Notes: generated by a model not told the origin, from the sequence alone. DNA of 64,000 bases from an uncultured Fibrobacteraceae bacterium (GCA_964343835.1 CAYFKR010000019.1:3952-67951); one strand, 5' to 3'; positions 43,147 through 53,334 are shown, counted from the first letter of the stretch. A program made the numbers and translations.

Positions 43147-44189
43147 GCCTGCCCCGATTCGAGACCGCGCGCCTGGCCCATCTCGACGGCCGCGGCCCCT
43201 GGTCCCGCACGGTCCTGTGGTCCGAGGCGGAGCTGCGTCGCAGCCTGGAGGGGGAGCGGTTCCCCGGGGGCATGGAGCTGGAGGACCAGGACAGGGTTGG
43301 CCGGCGCATCGTGGCCGCCGCCCGGCTCCTGCCCGCCCTCGCCGAAGCGGAGCCCGGCGGGTTTCTGGACAGCGATCCCACCGAGGTGTTGCGGGCCCGC
43401 GAGGCCGGACTGGTCTCCACCACCCACCGCGACGACCACCTGATCTGCGGATCCTGCCTGGCTGCTCCCGACGGCGGCACCGTCCTGCGCGTCCTGGACC
43501 GCGATCACCTCGTCCTGGCCGTCCGCCGCTCGGGATTCGACCCGGTGGCCGTGACCCGAGAGGTTCTCGCAGCCGAGCGCCGGCTGGACCGAGCCCTGCC
43601 CTTCGCCTACGACGACCGCTTCGGCTACCTCACCGCCGAACCCTCCCGGTGCGGTACCGGGCTGGTCCTGTCGTGCGTCGTCCACCTGCCGGCCCTTTCC
43701 TATTCCGGTGGCGCCGTCGAGGCCCTGGAGGGATTCGGTGAGGCAGGCTGCCGGGTCACTCCGTGGCTGGAGAGTGACGGGACCGTGCACGGCGATCTCT
43801 ACCGCATCCGCACCACCCGCACCCTGGGCGAGAGCGAGAAGGCCATGACCGCCGCCTTCACGCGTCTCGTGGCCGACCTGGTGGGGCGCGAGGCCGCCAT
43901 GGCCGACGTGCTGCAGGAGTCCATGGCCGACGAGCTGGAGGACCGGGCCCACCGGGCCTTCGGCGTGTTGACCCATGCCCGCCGATTGGAATGCGGAGAG
44001 ACCCTGGATCTCCTTTCGCGCCTGATCTTCGCAGTGGAGCGGGGCCTGCTGGAGGTTCCGGACCACGCCGGCTGGCGCCGTCTGCTCCTGGACGTGCGAG
44101 AGGGGCACCTGGAGACCGCCTTCGGGACGCCCGAGGATGCGGACACGCCCGAGCTGCGGGCCGCCGTCGTCCGCGACTTCCTCACCTGA
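43143..44189 (+). CDS. mcsB: McsB-like ATP:guanido phosphotransferase-fold protein with divergent signature residues
   Basis: GTGA overlap. GYLTAEPSRCGTGLVLSCVVHLPAL aligns with the McsB/phosphagen-kinase signature (...CPTN[VL]GTGLRAS..HLPAL). ...RTLGESEKAM aligns with ...ITLGKSEQDI. Confidence 0.7.
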   Translation: MSLPRFETARLAHLDGRGPWSRTVLWSEAELRRSLEGERFPGGMELEDQDRVGRRIVAAARLLPALAEAEPGGFLDSDPTEVLRAREAGLVSTTHRDDHLICGSCLAAPDGGTVLRVLDRDHLVLAVRRSGFDPVAVTREVLAAERRLDRALPFAYDDRFGYLTAEPSRCGTGLVLSCVVHLPALSYSGGAVEALEGFGEAGCRVTPWLESDGTVHGDLYRIRTTRTLGESEKAMTAAFTRLVADLVGREAAMADVLQESMADELEDRAHRAFGVLTHARRLECGETLDLLSRLIFAVERGLLEVPDHAGWRRLLLDVREGHLETAFGTPEDADTPELRAAVVRDFLT

Positions 44190-44242
44190 GGCCGAAATCC
44201 TCTTTCGGTAGTCGCTTATCCTCAAGTCTCTTGCCCCCTGTC

Positions 44243-44261
44243 CGATCCTATGAAAGGATCG
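44243..44261 (+). promoter_or_regulatory. Inverted repeat CGATCC-N7-GGATCG in the low-GC clpC leader (candidate operator)
   Basis: CGATCC (44243-44248), TATGAAA, GGATCG (44256-44261). TTGCCC lies at 44231-44236 and TATATT at 44301-44306. CCTGTGG occurs twice (44273-44279 and 44310-44316). Confidence 0.25.
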
Positions 44262-44362
44262 ACGCACGGACGCCTGTGGTGCCGGTGCGCCGAGTCGATG
44301 TATATTGATCCTGTGGACCGGAGACGCGGGCCCGCCCCGCCAACACGCGAACGGAGACGCTG

Positions 44363-46840
44363 ATGAACGACCGTTTCACCCAGAGAGTGCGCAAGGTGCT
44401 GTTCCTGGCCCGTGACGAGGCCGGCCGCATGCAGCACGACTACATCGGCACCGAGCACCTCCTGCTCGGGATCATCCGCGAGGGCGAGGGGATCGCCGCG
44501 CGGGTGCTCCAGCGTCTGGGCATCGACTTCACGCAGATCCAGCAGGCCATCGAGGAGATCGTGACGCCCCAGAGCGGCACCATCACCATCGGCGAGATCC
44601 CCTTCACGCCTCGCGCCAAGCGGGTCCTGGAGATCTCCATCGACGAGGCCCGGATCCACTCCCACAACTACGTGGGTACCGAGCACCTTCTGCTGGCCCT
44701 GATCAAGGAGGGGGAGGGCGTCGCCTCCCGCGTCCTGGGCGAGCTGGGCGCCGACCACGAGCGCGTGCGCCGCGAGGTGCTGAAGATGCTGGGCAGCTCC
44801 GAGCGCCCCAAGGAGGAGAAGGCCGCCGCCCAGAAGCGCGAGACGCCCATCCTCGACCAGTTCGGCCGCAACCTCACGGACATGGCCCGCGAGGGCAAGC
44901 TGGACCCCACCATCGGCCGCGGCGACGAGATCGAGCGCGTGGTGCAGATCCTCTCGCGTCGGAAGAAGAACAACCCCGTGCTGATCGGCGAGCCCGGCGT
45001 GGGCAAGACCGCCATCGCAGAGGGCCTGGCCTCCCGCATGGTCGAGAACCGCGTGCCTGTGACCCTGCGCGACATGGAGCTCGTGACCCTGGACCTTGCA
45101 AGTGTCGTGGCGGGAACGAAATACCGCGGTCAGTTCGAAGAGCGCCTGAAGCAGATCATGGCGGAGATTCGCGAGAACGAAAACATCATCCTGTTCATCG
45201 ACGAGCTCCACACCATCGTGGGCGCCGGCGGCGCCGAGGGAGCCATCGACGCCTCCAACATGCTCAAGCCGGCCCTGGCCCGCGGCGAGATCCAGTGCAT
45301 CGGCGCCACGACCATGGACGAGTACCGCAAGTTCATCGAGAAGGACGGCGCCCTGGAGCGCCGCTTCCAGACCGTCGTGGTGAACCCGCCGACGGAGGAC
45401 GAGGCCATCCAGATCCTCTTCGGCCTGCGCGACCGCTACGAGGCCCACCACCGCGTGACCTTCGAGGACGACGCCCTGAAGGCCGCCGTCTGGTTGAGCA
45501 ACCGCTACATTAGCGGCCGCTCGCTGCCGGACAAGGCCATCGACGTCATCGACGAGGCCGGGTCGCGGGCCCGCCTGTCCATGGCCGTCGTGCCGCCGGA
45601 CCTGCGCGAGCTGGAGAACCAGATCAGCGAGGTCGTGCGGGAGAAGGAGGCCTCCATCCAGGCCCAGGAGTTCGAGAAGGCCGCCGCCTTCCGCGACGAC
45701 GAGAAGGAGCTCAAGAACAAGCTCTCCGAGCTCAAGAAGAGCTGGAAGCAGGACAACTCCGACCACCAGATCACCGTCTCGACCCAGCTGGTGTGCAAGG
45801 TGATCGCCAACATCACGGGCATTCCGGTGGCCGAGGTGGAGGAGGAGGAGACCCAGAAGCTCCTGCGCATGGAGGACGAGCTGCGCGAGTGGATCATCGG
45901 CCAGGACGAGGCCCTGGACGCCGTGTCCAAGGCCATCCGCCGCAACCGCGCCGGACTGCGCGATCCGCGCCGGCCCATCGGCTCGTTCCTGTTCCTCGGT
46001 CCCACCGGCGTGGGCAAGACCGAGGTGGCCCGCCGCCTCGCCGAGTTCATGTTCGGCGACCAGGCCGCCCTGCTGCGCGTGGACATGTCCGAGTACATGG
46101 AGAAGCACGCGGTGTCGCGCCTGGTGGGCGCGCCTCCGGGCTACGTGGGCTACGACGAGGGCGGCATGCTGACCGAGAAGGTCCGCCGCAAGCCCTACTC
46201 CGTGATCCTGCTGGACGAGATCGAGAAGGCCCATCCGGACGTCTTCAACATCCTGCTGCAGGTCCTCGAGGACGGGCAGCTCACCGATTCCTTCGGCCGC
46301 ACCGTGGACTTCAAGAACACCGTGGTGATCATGACGTCCAATGTGGGCAGCCGCCGCGCCAAGGAGAGCAAGGCCCTGGGCTTCGGCTCCGAGGAGAAGA
46401 AGGCCAGCGAGACCCGCATCCACTCGGTCATCGACCAGGACCTGAAGCGCACCTTCAGTCCCGAGTTCCTGAACCGCGTGGACGAGCTGATCTTCTTCAA
46501 CTCCCTGGGCCGCGAGGACATGCGGTCGATCATCGACATCCTCCTGCGCGACGTGAACAAGCGCCTCGAGAAGATGGAGATCGACTTCGACTTCTCCGAC
46601 GCCGCCAAGGACTACCTCTGCGAGGTGGGCTACGACCCCGACCACGGGGCGCGTCCGCTGCGCAGGGCCATCCAGAAGCACGTGGAGGATCCCCTGAGCG
46701 AGCGCCTGCTCCGGGGCGAGGTGACCCAGCGTTCCACCCTCCAGGTGGACAAGGGCAACGACGGCCTGCTCTTCGAGGTCAGGGAGACCGTCGAGGAAGA
46801 GGCGGAACCTGTCGATTCGGGCAGCCCGTCCGACGCCTGA
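44363..46840 (+). CDS. clpC: ATP-dependent Clp protease ATP-binding subunit ClpC
   Basis: Two Clp_N repeats ([16 protein letters not shown]..., [16 protein letters not shown]...), Walker [11 protein letters not shown] and [11 protein letters not shown], and a UVR-like middle domain. Confidence 0.9.
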   Translation: MNDRFTQRVRKVLFLARDEAGRMQHDYIGTEHLLLGIIREGEGIAARVLQRLGIDFTQIQQAIEEIVTPQSGTITIGEIPFTPRAKRVLEISIDEARIHSHNYVGTEHLLLALIKEGEGVASRVLGELGADHERVRREVLKMLGSSERPKEEKAAAQKRETPILDQFGRNLTDMAREGKLDPTIGRGDEIERVVQILSRRKKNNPVLIGEPGVGKTAIAEGLASRMVENRVPVTLRDMELVTLDLASVVAGTKYRGQFEERLKQIMAEIRENENIILFIDELHTIVGAGGAEGAIDASNMLKPALARGEIQCIGATTMDEYRKFIEKDGALERRFQTVVVNPPTEDEAIQILFGLRDRYEAHHRVTFEDDALKAAVWLSNRYISGRSLPDKAIDVIDEAGSRARLSMAVVPPDLRELENQISEVVREKEASIQAQEFEKAAAFRDDEKELKNKLSELKKSWKQDNSDHQITVSTQLVCKVIANITGIPVAEVEEEETQKLLRMEDELREWIIGQDEALDAVSKAIRRNRAGLRDPRRPIGSFLFLGPTGVGKTEVARRLAEFMFGDQAALLRVDMSEYMEKHAVSRLVGAPPGYVGYDEGGMLTEKVRRKPYSVILLDEIEKAHPDVFNILLQVLEDGQLTDSFGRTVDFKNTVVIMTSNVGSRRAKESKALGFGSEEKKASETRIHSVIDQDLKRTFSPEFLNRVDELIFFNSLGREDMRSIIDILLRDVNKRLEKMEIDFDFSDAAKDYLCEVGYDPDHGARPLRRAIQKHVEDPLSERLLRGEVTQRSTLQVDKGNDGLLFEVRETVEEEAEPVDSGSPSDA

Positions 46841-46863
46841 TTCCGCAGATCGATCCGATACGA

Positions 46864-46897
46864 GGCGGGGACCCCACGGGGTCCCCGCCTTGCGTTT
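46864..46897 (+). terminator. Rho-independent terminator after clpC
   Basis: GGCGGGGACC (46864-46873) / GGTCCCCGCC (46880-46889), followed by TTGCGTTT. Confidence 0.6.
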
Positions 46898-46974
46898 CCG
46901 GAGTGCAGACGACACATTGATGCGTCGGCGGGGAACCCCGCCCCCGGACCGGTGTAGGAGGCGCGGAACCCGAG

Positions 46975-47003
46975 TTGCCGCCGCGGGGACGCTCTGCTAC
47001 CAT
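46975..47003 (+). promoter_or_regulatory. Candidate sigma70-type promoter for the bamA-skp-lpx operon
   Basis: TTGCCG (46975-46980), 17-nt spacer, TACCAT (46998-47003). Confidence 0.3.
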
Positions 47004-47069
47004 GCCCCGGCTCTCGACTCGGACGACCCACCCCGGATCACAGGCTCATCAACGGATCGGTATGCACGG

Positions 47070-49376
47070 ATGAACGCCCGAATTCGAACCTGGCTGGCCG
47101 GCCTCTGTCTGCTCGCCGCCTCCGTCGCCGCCGCGCAGGAGGCGCCGCGGACGATCGTCTCCGTCGACGTCGTCGGGGCCCGCACCGTCAACCCGTCCCA
47201 GGTGCGCGCGTGGGCGGACCTGCAGGAGGGCGACGCCTTTTCGCCCGACGCGGCGGCGTCAGCCATCCGCAGCCTCTTCGAGACCGGCAAGTTCTCGGAC
47301 ATCTACGTGTACCGCCAGGACGAGCCCGGCGGCGTGCGCGTGATCATGAACCTGACGGAGTTCCCCCGCATCAAGGCCATCACCTTCAACGGCAACGAGA
47401 AGGTGAAGGAGAAGGACCTGCGCGAGGCCTTCCCGCCCATGGTGGGCCAGTTCGCCAATCCGGCGGTCATCGTGCGCGAGCTGGAGCCCCTCCGCGAGCT
47501 GTACCAGGAGAAGGGCTACTACAACATGCGCGCCCACATCGACTCGTCGGTGGTGGACGCCTCCCATCTCGAGGAACTCGTCGTGACGATCGACGAGGGG
47601 GAGAAGATCAAGGCCCGCACCATCGCCTTCTCCGGCAACGACGCCTTCAGCGACGACGACCTGCGCGGCAAGATGAAGCAGAGCACCGGCGGTTTCCTGC
47701 GCAGCGCCACCTTCAAGAAGCAGCAATTCGAGCAGGACAAGGAGAAGATCACGGTCTGGTACCGCGACCACGGCTACCTGGACGCCGAGATCACCGGCGT
47801 GGACATGGAGTTCGTGGAGGAGAACACGAAGCTCGACCTGCTGATCCACGTGGACGAGGGCCCCATCTACACCGTGGGCGACATCAACTGGGAGGGCAAC
47901 GAGGCCTTCGACGACATCGCCGTGGCGTCGCGCATCCTCCTGGAGAAGGGCGACACCTTCCGCGAGGTCGACTACCAGGAGACCCTCCACATCCTGCACT
48001 CCATGTACTGGGACACCGGCTACATCTACATCACCGTGGAGCCCGAGCGGCAGATCCGCGGCGACGTGGTGGACGTGACCCTGCGCTTCCGCGAGGGCGA
48101 CCCCGCCCGCATCCGCGACGTGCGCGTGTCCGACAACCTCAAGACCTACGACGAGGTCATCCTGCGCGAGATGCGCCTCTTCCCGGGCGACAAGTTCAGC
48201 AACGCCCTGGTGGAGCTCTCCCAGCGCAACATCTTCCAGCTGGGCTACTTCACCAACGTGATGCCCGAGTTCAAGCCCGCCGACCGCGAGGGCGACATCG
48301 ACCTGGTGATGAAGGTGGAGGAGAAGCAGACGGGCCAGTTCAGCTTCGGCATGGCCTACAGCGCCCAGACTTCGGTCACCGGCTTCATCCAGATCGCCGA
48401 GACCAACTTCCGCGGCAAGGGCCAGAACATCGGCCTCGCGTGGCAGTTCGGTTCGCGTCAGCGCTACGTGGACATCAACTTCACGGAGCCCTGGTTCCTG
48501 GGCACCCCGACGCTGGTGGGCGTGGACGTCTTCGACCGCTACCAGTACAACTTCGACGACTTCTACGAGAGCCGCGTGAAGGGCGCCGCCCTGCGCCTCG
48601 GGCGTCGCATCCCCGGCACGCGCTTCTCGCGGGTGGGCTTCCGCTACGAGCTGTCGGAGACGCGCCTGTCCGAGTTCAGCGGCGCCTACATCGACTACCT
48701 GGACAACCTGGAGTCGCAGGTGGGCGAGGCGGAGCTGCCCTTCCAGCGCCTCGACGAGGTGGACTGGCCGGAGACCAAGAGCGCCGTCTCCATGAGCATC
48801 TCGCGCAACTCCACCGACAATCCGTTCTTCCCCACCGAGGGCTCCAAGACCTCGTACAGCATCGAGCTGTCGGGCGGCGCCCTGGGCGGCGAGATCGACT
48901 ACCAGAAGCACATGTTCCGCCACTCGTACTTCCAGAAGCTGCCGGCGGGCTTCGCCCTGCACCTGAGCAGCTCCATGGGTCTGATCCACGGCCTGGGGAA
49001 CGCGGACGACGTGCCCGACTACGAGAAGTTCCGTCTGGGCGGCAACCGCATCTATCCGCTGCGCGGCTACCGCGACCTGGAGGTCGTGCCCCGCGAGAAC
49101 CCCGGCTTCATCGGCGGTCGCTTCTACGCCATCATGAGCACCGAGCTGCTGTACCCGCTGACCGAAGCGGTCCAGCTGCTGGCCTTCGTGGACCAGGGCG
49201 ACTCCTGGAACAGCTTCACCGAGGCCGATTTCACGAACCTGCGCAAGGGCGCCGGATTCGGCGTGAGGGTCGAGGTCCCCATGATGGGCACCATCGGCTT
49301 CGACTACGGCTACGGCTTCGACCGCATCGACGGACCGAGCTGGGAGCCCCACTTCAACTTCGGCACCTTCTTCTAG
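47070..49376 (+). CDS. bamA: Outer-membrane protein assembly factor BamA
   Basis: ATG 47070 gives the signal peptide MNARIRTWLAGLCLLAASVAAAQ. POTRA repeats, and a C-terminal beta-barrel that ends ...HFNFGTFF. Confidence 0.9.
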   Translation: MNARIRTWLAGLCLLAASVAAAQEAPRTIVSVDVVGARTVNPSQVRAWADLQEGDAFSPDAAASAIRSLFETGKFSDIYVYRQDEPGGVRVIMNLTEFPRIKAITFNGNEKVKEKDLREAFPPMVGQFANPAVIVRELEPLRELYQEKGYYNMRAHIDSSVVDASHLEELVVTIDEGEKIKARTIAFSGNDAFSDDDLRGKMKQSTGGFLRSATFKKQQFEQDKEKITVWYRDHGYLDAEITGVDMEFVEENTKLDLLIHVDEGPIYTVGDINWEGNEAFDDIAVASRILLEKGDTFREVDYQETLHILHSMYWDTGYIYITVEPERQIRGDVVDVTLRFREGDPARIRDVRVSDNLKTYDEVILREMRLFPGDKFSNALVELSQRNIFQLGYFTNVMPEFKPADREGDIDLVMKVEEKQTGQFSFGMAYSAQTSVTGFIQIAETNFRGKGQNIGLAWQFGSRQRYVDINFTEPWFLGTPTLVGVDVFDRYQYNFDDFYESRVKGAALRLGRRIPGTRFSRVGFRYELSETRLSEFSGAYIDYLDNLESQVGEAELPFQRLDEVDWPETKSAVSMSISRNSTDNPFFPTEGSKTSYSIELSGGALGGEIDYQKHMFRHSYFQKLPAGFALHLSSSMGLIHGLGNADDVPDYEKFRLGGNRIYPLRGYRDLEVVPRENPGFIGGRFYAIMSTELLYPLTEAVQLLAFVDQGDSWNSFTEADFTNLRKGAGFGVRVEVPMMGTIGFDYGYGFDRIDGPSWEPHFNFGTFF

Positions 49377-49395
49377 CCGCAATCGAGGAGACGAC

Positions 49396-49926
49396 ATGAT
49401 CCGCACGTGGAACGCCCGGACCTTCGCCGTGATCGCCCTGCTGCTCTGCATGGGCACGGTGGCCGTCGCCGACGACAAGCCCTTCGCCGTCATCGATTCC
49501 CAGCGCATCGTGGACGAGTACGGCGCGGCCAAGGACGCCCAGGAGGCCTACCAGCGGTTCCTGCAGGACAAGGAGCAGGAGATCGTGGACAAGGAGCGCG
49601 AGCTCCAGGTCATGGCCGAGGAGATCGAGAGCCAGAAGCTGCTGCTCGGCGAGGATGCCCTCCGCGCCCGCGTCGAGGAGTTCGAGAGCGCCAAGCAGTC
49701 GTACTTCGACATGCGCCAGCGCGTGGACTCCGAGGCCGAGAGCGAGTACAACGCCAAGATCCAGCCCATCATCGACCAGGTGAAGCTGATCGTGGACCGC
49801 ATCGGCCAGGAGGAGGGCTACGGCATCATCATCGACGCCGCCGGCCTGACCGTCCTGTACATGGACGACCAGGTGGATCTCACCGACAAGGTGATCGAGG
49901 CCCTGGTCCGCGGCGTGGAGGAGTGA
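49396..49926 (+). CDS. skp: OmpH/Skp-family periplasmic chaperone
   Basis: Signal peptide, then FAVIDSQRIVDEYGAAKDAQEAYQRFLQDKEQEI... coiled coil. Canonical position between bamA and lpxD. Confidence 0.85.
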   Translation: MIRTWNARTFAVIALLLCMGTVAVADDKPFAVIDSQRIVDEYGAAKDAQEAYQRFLQDKEQEIVDKERELQVMAEEIESQKLLLGEDALRARVEEFESAKQSYFDMRQRVDSEAESEYNAKIQPIIDQVKLIVDRIGQEEGYGIIIDAAGLTVLYMDDQVDLTDKVIEALVRGVEE

Positions 49927-50082
49927 TCGGCGGTTTTCCGTTGACACCGTCGCCCCACGACGCGACATTTTGACAGAATTCTCAATCGATCGAGCGCCGC
50001 CCCCCTTCGCCGCACCGGATGGAGAGGGGCTGTGCTTCATCTGCCGCGTGTTCGCAGGCGCGGCCGGGAGAGACCGGAACTC

Positions 50083-51120
50083 ATGGAACTGGCGCTGAGC
50101 GAACTGGCGGCGAAACTGGAACTCGACCGCGAGGGAGCCGACGATCCGCTGATCGGCGGCGCCGCCGGTTTCGATGACGCCGGTGACGGCCAGATCGCGT
50201 TCGTGGACGACCCCAAGCTCCTGAAGCGGCTGGACGATACGGCCGCAGCGGCCCTGATCCTGCCGCCGGGCGTCCCCTGCGGGCGACCGGTGCTGCGGGC
50301 CGACGATCCGCGGGCCGCCTTCGCCAGGGTCCTGGGGCTCTTCGCCCCCGACCCGGACCGGGTCTTCCCGGCGGGGCGTCATGCCTCGGCGGTGGTGGAT
50401 CCCACGGCCGACGTGGCCGACGACGTCCGGCTCGGACCCGGTTGCGTGGTGGGCCCGGGAGCCCGCATCGGCGCGGGGACGCGGATGGGGGCCAACGTGG
50501 TCGTGGAGGCCGATGTGACCATCGGCGCCGGATGTTGTCTGTATCATGGGACCGTGATCCGGGAACGGTGCCGCCTGGGCGACCGGGTGATCCTGCACTC
50601 GGGCGTCGTGATCGGAACCGACGGGTTCGGCTATCATCCCGGTCCCCGGGGTCCCGTCAAGATCCCGCAGATCGGGATCGTGGTCCTGGAGGACGACGTG
50701 GAAGTGGGCGCCAACGCCTGCATCGACCGGGCGACGACGGGGGAGACCCGCATCGGCGCCGGTTCCAAGATCGACAACCAGGTCCAGCTGGCGCACAATG
50801 TGACCGTGGGCCGGGCCTGTGCGGTCTCGGCCCAGAGCGGCGTCTCGGGGAGCAGTTCCCTGGGCGACGGCGTGACCCTGGGCGGCCAGGTCGGCGTGGG
50901 CGATCATCTGAGCGTCGGCGACGGCGTGCGGATCGCCGGCGGGTCCGGCGTGACCCGCGACATCGAGCCGGGGAAGACCGTGTTCGGCTACCCGGCCGTG
51001 GATTTCGCCAAGGGGTTCCGCCTGGTGGCCCACTACCACCGGCTGCCGGAACTATTCCGGCGCGTGGCGCGTCTCGAACGCACCGCCCGCGCCGACGCCC
51101 CCGCGGGCGAGGAGGACTGA
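50083..51120 (+). CDS. lpxD: UDP-3-O-acylglucosamine N-acyltransferase
   Basis: ATG 50083. Left-handed beta-helix hexapeptide repeats. GYHPGPRGPVKIPQIGIVVLEDDVEVGANACIDRA. Confidence 0.9.
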   Translation: MELALSELAAKLELDREGADDPLIGGAAGFDDAGDGQIAFVDDPKLLKRLDDTAAAALILPPGVPCGRPVLRADDPRAAFARVLGLFAPDPDRVFPAGRHASAVVDPTADVADDVRLGPGCVVGPGARIGAGTRMGANVVVEADVTIGAGCCLYHGTVIRERCRLGDRVILHSGVVIGTDGFGYHPGPRGPVKIPQIGIVVLEDDVEVGANACIDRATTGETRIGAGSKIDNQVQLAHNVTVGRACAVSAQSGVSGSSSLGDGVTLGGQVGVGDHLSVGDGVRIAGGSGVTRDIEPGKTVFGYPAVDFAKGFRLVAHYHRLPELFRRVARLERTARADAPAGEED

Positions 51121-51122
51121 AC

Positions 51123-52436
51123 GTGCTGTTCCTGCAGAAGACCGTGGCCGAGAGGGTCGAGTTCGAAGGGGTCGGATTGCATTCCGGCGCTCCTTCCCGC
51201 ATCGCCTTCCTGCCCGCCGAGCCCAATACCGGCCTCGTGTTCCGCGTGCTGCGGGGCGACGGCTTCACGGACATTCCGGCCGTGGTCGAGAACGCGCCCG
51301 CCGACCGCGGCGGCCTGCGCAGCACGGCCCTGGTCTCCGGCGACGTCCAGATCCACACCGTCGAGCACGTGCTCTCCGCCCTGCACGGCATGGGCGTGAC
51401 CAACTGCGTCATCGAACTGGATGGCGAGGAGCCTCCCGAACCCGTGGAGGGGAGCACCACCACCTACGTGGACCTCCTGGAGTCGGCGGGCCTGCGCGAG
51501 CAGGGTTTGCCGGGCACCTACTACCGCGTGGACGTGCCGGTGGAGCTGCGCGAGGGCGACGTGCTCCTGAAGGCCGAGCCCTGCGACCGCTTCCTGCTGA
51601 CGTTCCGCATCGACTATCCGGATCCGCTGATCGGCCGCCAGGAGTACACCTTCGAGGTCCGTCCCGACGGATACCGGGAGCAGATCGCCCCCTGCCGCAC
51701 CTTCGCCCTCAAGAAGGACGTGGAGCAGCTCCAGGCCATGGGGCTGGGCCAGGGCGGCACCCTGGAGAACGCACTGATCGTGGACGAAGGCAAGCTCGTC
51801 AACGAGGGCGAGCTGCGCTTCCCCGACGAGTTCGTGCGTCACAAGATCCTGGACCTCATCGGCGATCTGGCCCTGCTGGGAATGCCGGTGCAGGGACACA
51901 TCACCGCCGAGCGTTCGGGACACGACGCCAACGTGGCCTTCACGCGCCTGCTCGCCCGGTCCGAGCGGCGCCAGAACCGTATCTACCCGCCGCGCAAGCC
52001 GACGTGCTGGGACATCGGTTCGATCATGAAGGTGATGCCCCACCGCTACCCGTTCCTGCTGGTGGACCGCATCCTGGAGCTGGAGAGCGGCCAGCGCGTG
52101 ACCGGCCTGAAGAACGTGACCATCAACGAGCCGTTCTTCATGGGGCATTTCCCCGGGCACCCGATCATGCCCGCGGTGTTGATCACCGAGGCCATGGCCC
52201 AGGTGGGCGGCGTGCTGCTGATGAGCAGCGTGCCGGACCCGGAGACCAAACTCGTCTACTTCAGCGGGATCGACAACGCCCGCTTCCGGAGGCCCGTGAC
52301 CCCGGGCGACCAGATCCGCTTCGAGCTGGAGATGGTCAAGATGCGCGGGCCGATCTGCAAGATGAAGGGGGTCGCCAAGGTGGACGGGGAACTCGTCGCC
52401 GAGGCCGATCTCATGTCGACCATCGTGGACCGCTGA
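51123..52436 (+). CDS. lpxC/fabZ: Bifunctional UDP-3-O-acyl-GlcNAc deacetylase / 3-hydroxyacyl-ACP dehydratase (LpxC-FabZ fusion)
   Basis: GTG 51123. LpxC motifs: [13 protein letters not shown] and [14 protein letters not shown]. FabZ hotdog motifs: [13 protein letters not shown] and [23 protein letters not shown]. Confidence 0.9.
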   Translation: MLFLQKTVAERVEFEGVGLHSGAPSRIAFLPAEPNTGLVFRVLRGDGFTDIPAVVENAPADRGGLRSTALVSGDVQIHTVEHVLSALHGMGVTNCVIELDGEEPPEPVEGSTTTYVDLLESAGLREQGLPGTYYRVDVPVELREGDVLLKAEPCDRFLLTFRIDYPDPLIGRQEYTFEVRPDGYREQIAPCRTFALKKDVEQLQAMGLGQGGTLENALIVDEGKLVNEGELRFPDEFVRHKILDLIGDLALLGMPVQGHITAERSGHDANVAFTRLLARSERRQNRIYPPRKPTCWDIGSIMKVMPHRYPFLLVDRILELESGQRVTGLKNVTINEPFFMGHFPGHPIMPAVLITEAMAQVGGVLLMSSVPDPETKLVYFSGIDNARFRRPVTPGDQIRFELEMVKMRGPICKMKGVAKVDGELVAEADLMSTIVDR

Positions 52437-52458
52437 TGCGGGACCGAGGAGGACGAAC

Positions 52459-53280
52459 GTGGAACCCATGAACTTCCAGCCGGAATCCCGACTTCGCCCG
52501 GTCCGGACCGCCGAGATCCACTCCACCGCCGTGGTCCATCCGGACGCGCGCATCGGACACAACGTCCAGATCGGTCCCTACTCGGTGATCGGTCCCAACG
52601 TCGAGATCGGTCCCGGCTGCGAGATCGGATCGTCGGTGGTGATCGAGGGGCGTACGACCATCGGCGCCAACAACCGGATCCACCACGGGGCCATCATCGG
52701 CAGCGAGCCGCAGGACCTCAAGTACGCCGACGAGACCTCCTACGTGGTGGTCGGCGACAACAACGTGATCCGCGAGTACGTGACCATCCACCTCGCCTGC
52801 GGCGAGGGGGAGACCACCCGCGTGGGCAACGACTGTCTGCTGATGGCCTACGTGCACGTGGCCCACAACTGCGTGGTGCACGACCACGTGATCCTGGCCA
52901 ACGCCGTGAACCTGGCCGGCCACGTGGATGTGGACGACTGGGCCATCATCGGCGGCATGACCCCGGTGCACCAGTTCGTGAACGTGGGGGCCCACGCCTT
53001 CGTGGGCGGCGGGTCGCGCCTGGCCCAGGACGTGCCCCCGTTCATCCGCGTGGCGGGCAACCCCATCGAGGTGGCCGGCATCAACAGCGTGGGGCTGAAG
53101 CGCCGCGGCTTCACCGATGCGGAGCTGCTGAACCTCAAGAAGGCCTACCGCCTGCTCTACCGCACCGGCATGAACGTGAGCCAGGCCCTCGAGCGCCTGG
53201 CCCTGGACTGCGACCTCGACCGCCATATCGAGAACCTCATGGCGTTCATCCGGCGCAGCGAGCGGGGCATCGTCCGCTGA
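52459..53280 (+). CDS. lpxA: Acyl-ACP--UDP-N-acetylglucosamine O-acyltransferase
   Basis: GAGGAGGA RBS. Hexapeptide repeats (IHSTAVVHPDARIGHNVQIGPYSVIGPNVEIG...). C-terminal helical domain. Confidence 0.9.
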   Translation: MEPMNFQPESRLRPVRTAEIHSTAVVHPDARIGHNVQIGPYSVIGPNVEIGPGCEIGSSVVIEGRTTIGANNRIHHGAIIGSEPQDLKYADETSYVVVGDNNVIREYVTIHLACGEGETTRVGNDCLLMAYVHVAHNCVVHDHVILANAVNLAGHVDVDDWAIIGGMTPVHQFVNVGAHAFVGGGSRLAQDVPPFIRVAGNPIEVAGINSVGLKRRGFTDAELLNLKKAYRLLYRTGMNVSQALERLALDCDLDRHIENLMAFIRRSERGIVR

Positions 53281-53334
53281 TCCGTTCCGCGTGGGGGCCG
53301 CATCGGCCCCCGCGTCACCCCGACGGAGGCGCGC

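Noticed and set aside
44222-46915. 897-aa minus-strand ORF
   Set aside because: It is antisense to clpC and has no recognisable domain. The clpC frame carries two full AAA+ modules.
46927-46942. Second GC hairpin GGCGGGG-AA-CCCCGCC downstream of the clpC terminator, resembling the terminator stem
   Set aside because: A 2-nt loop is sterically impossible and no U-tract follows. It may be a degenerate copy of the terminator motif, but I cannot assign a function.
49941-49975. Two TTGACA hexamers (49941-49946 and 49970-49975) upstream of lpxD
   Set aside because: Neither has a convincing -10 at 16-18 nt (best is GACATT at 49964-49969). I could not support a promoter call, and lpxD may simply be read through from bamA-skp.
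47259-52562. Minus-strand ORFs 47259..49532, 49354..51039 and 51033..52562
   Set aside because: They are antisense to bamA, skp, lpxD and lpxC/fabZ. All of those + strand genes have strong family signatures, and the antisense translations have none.
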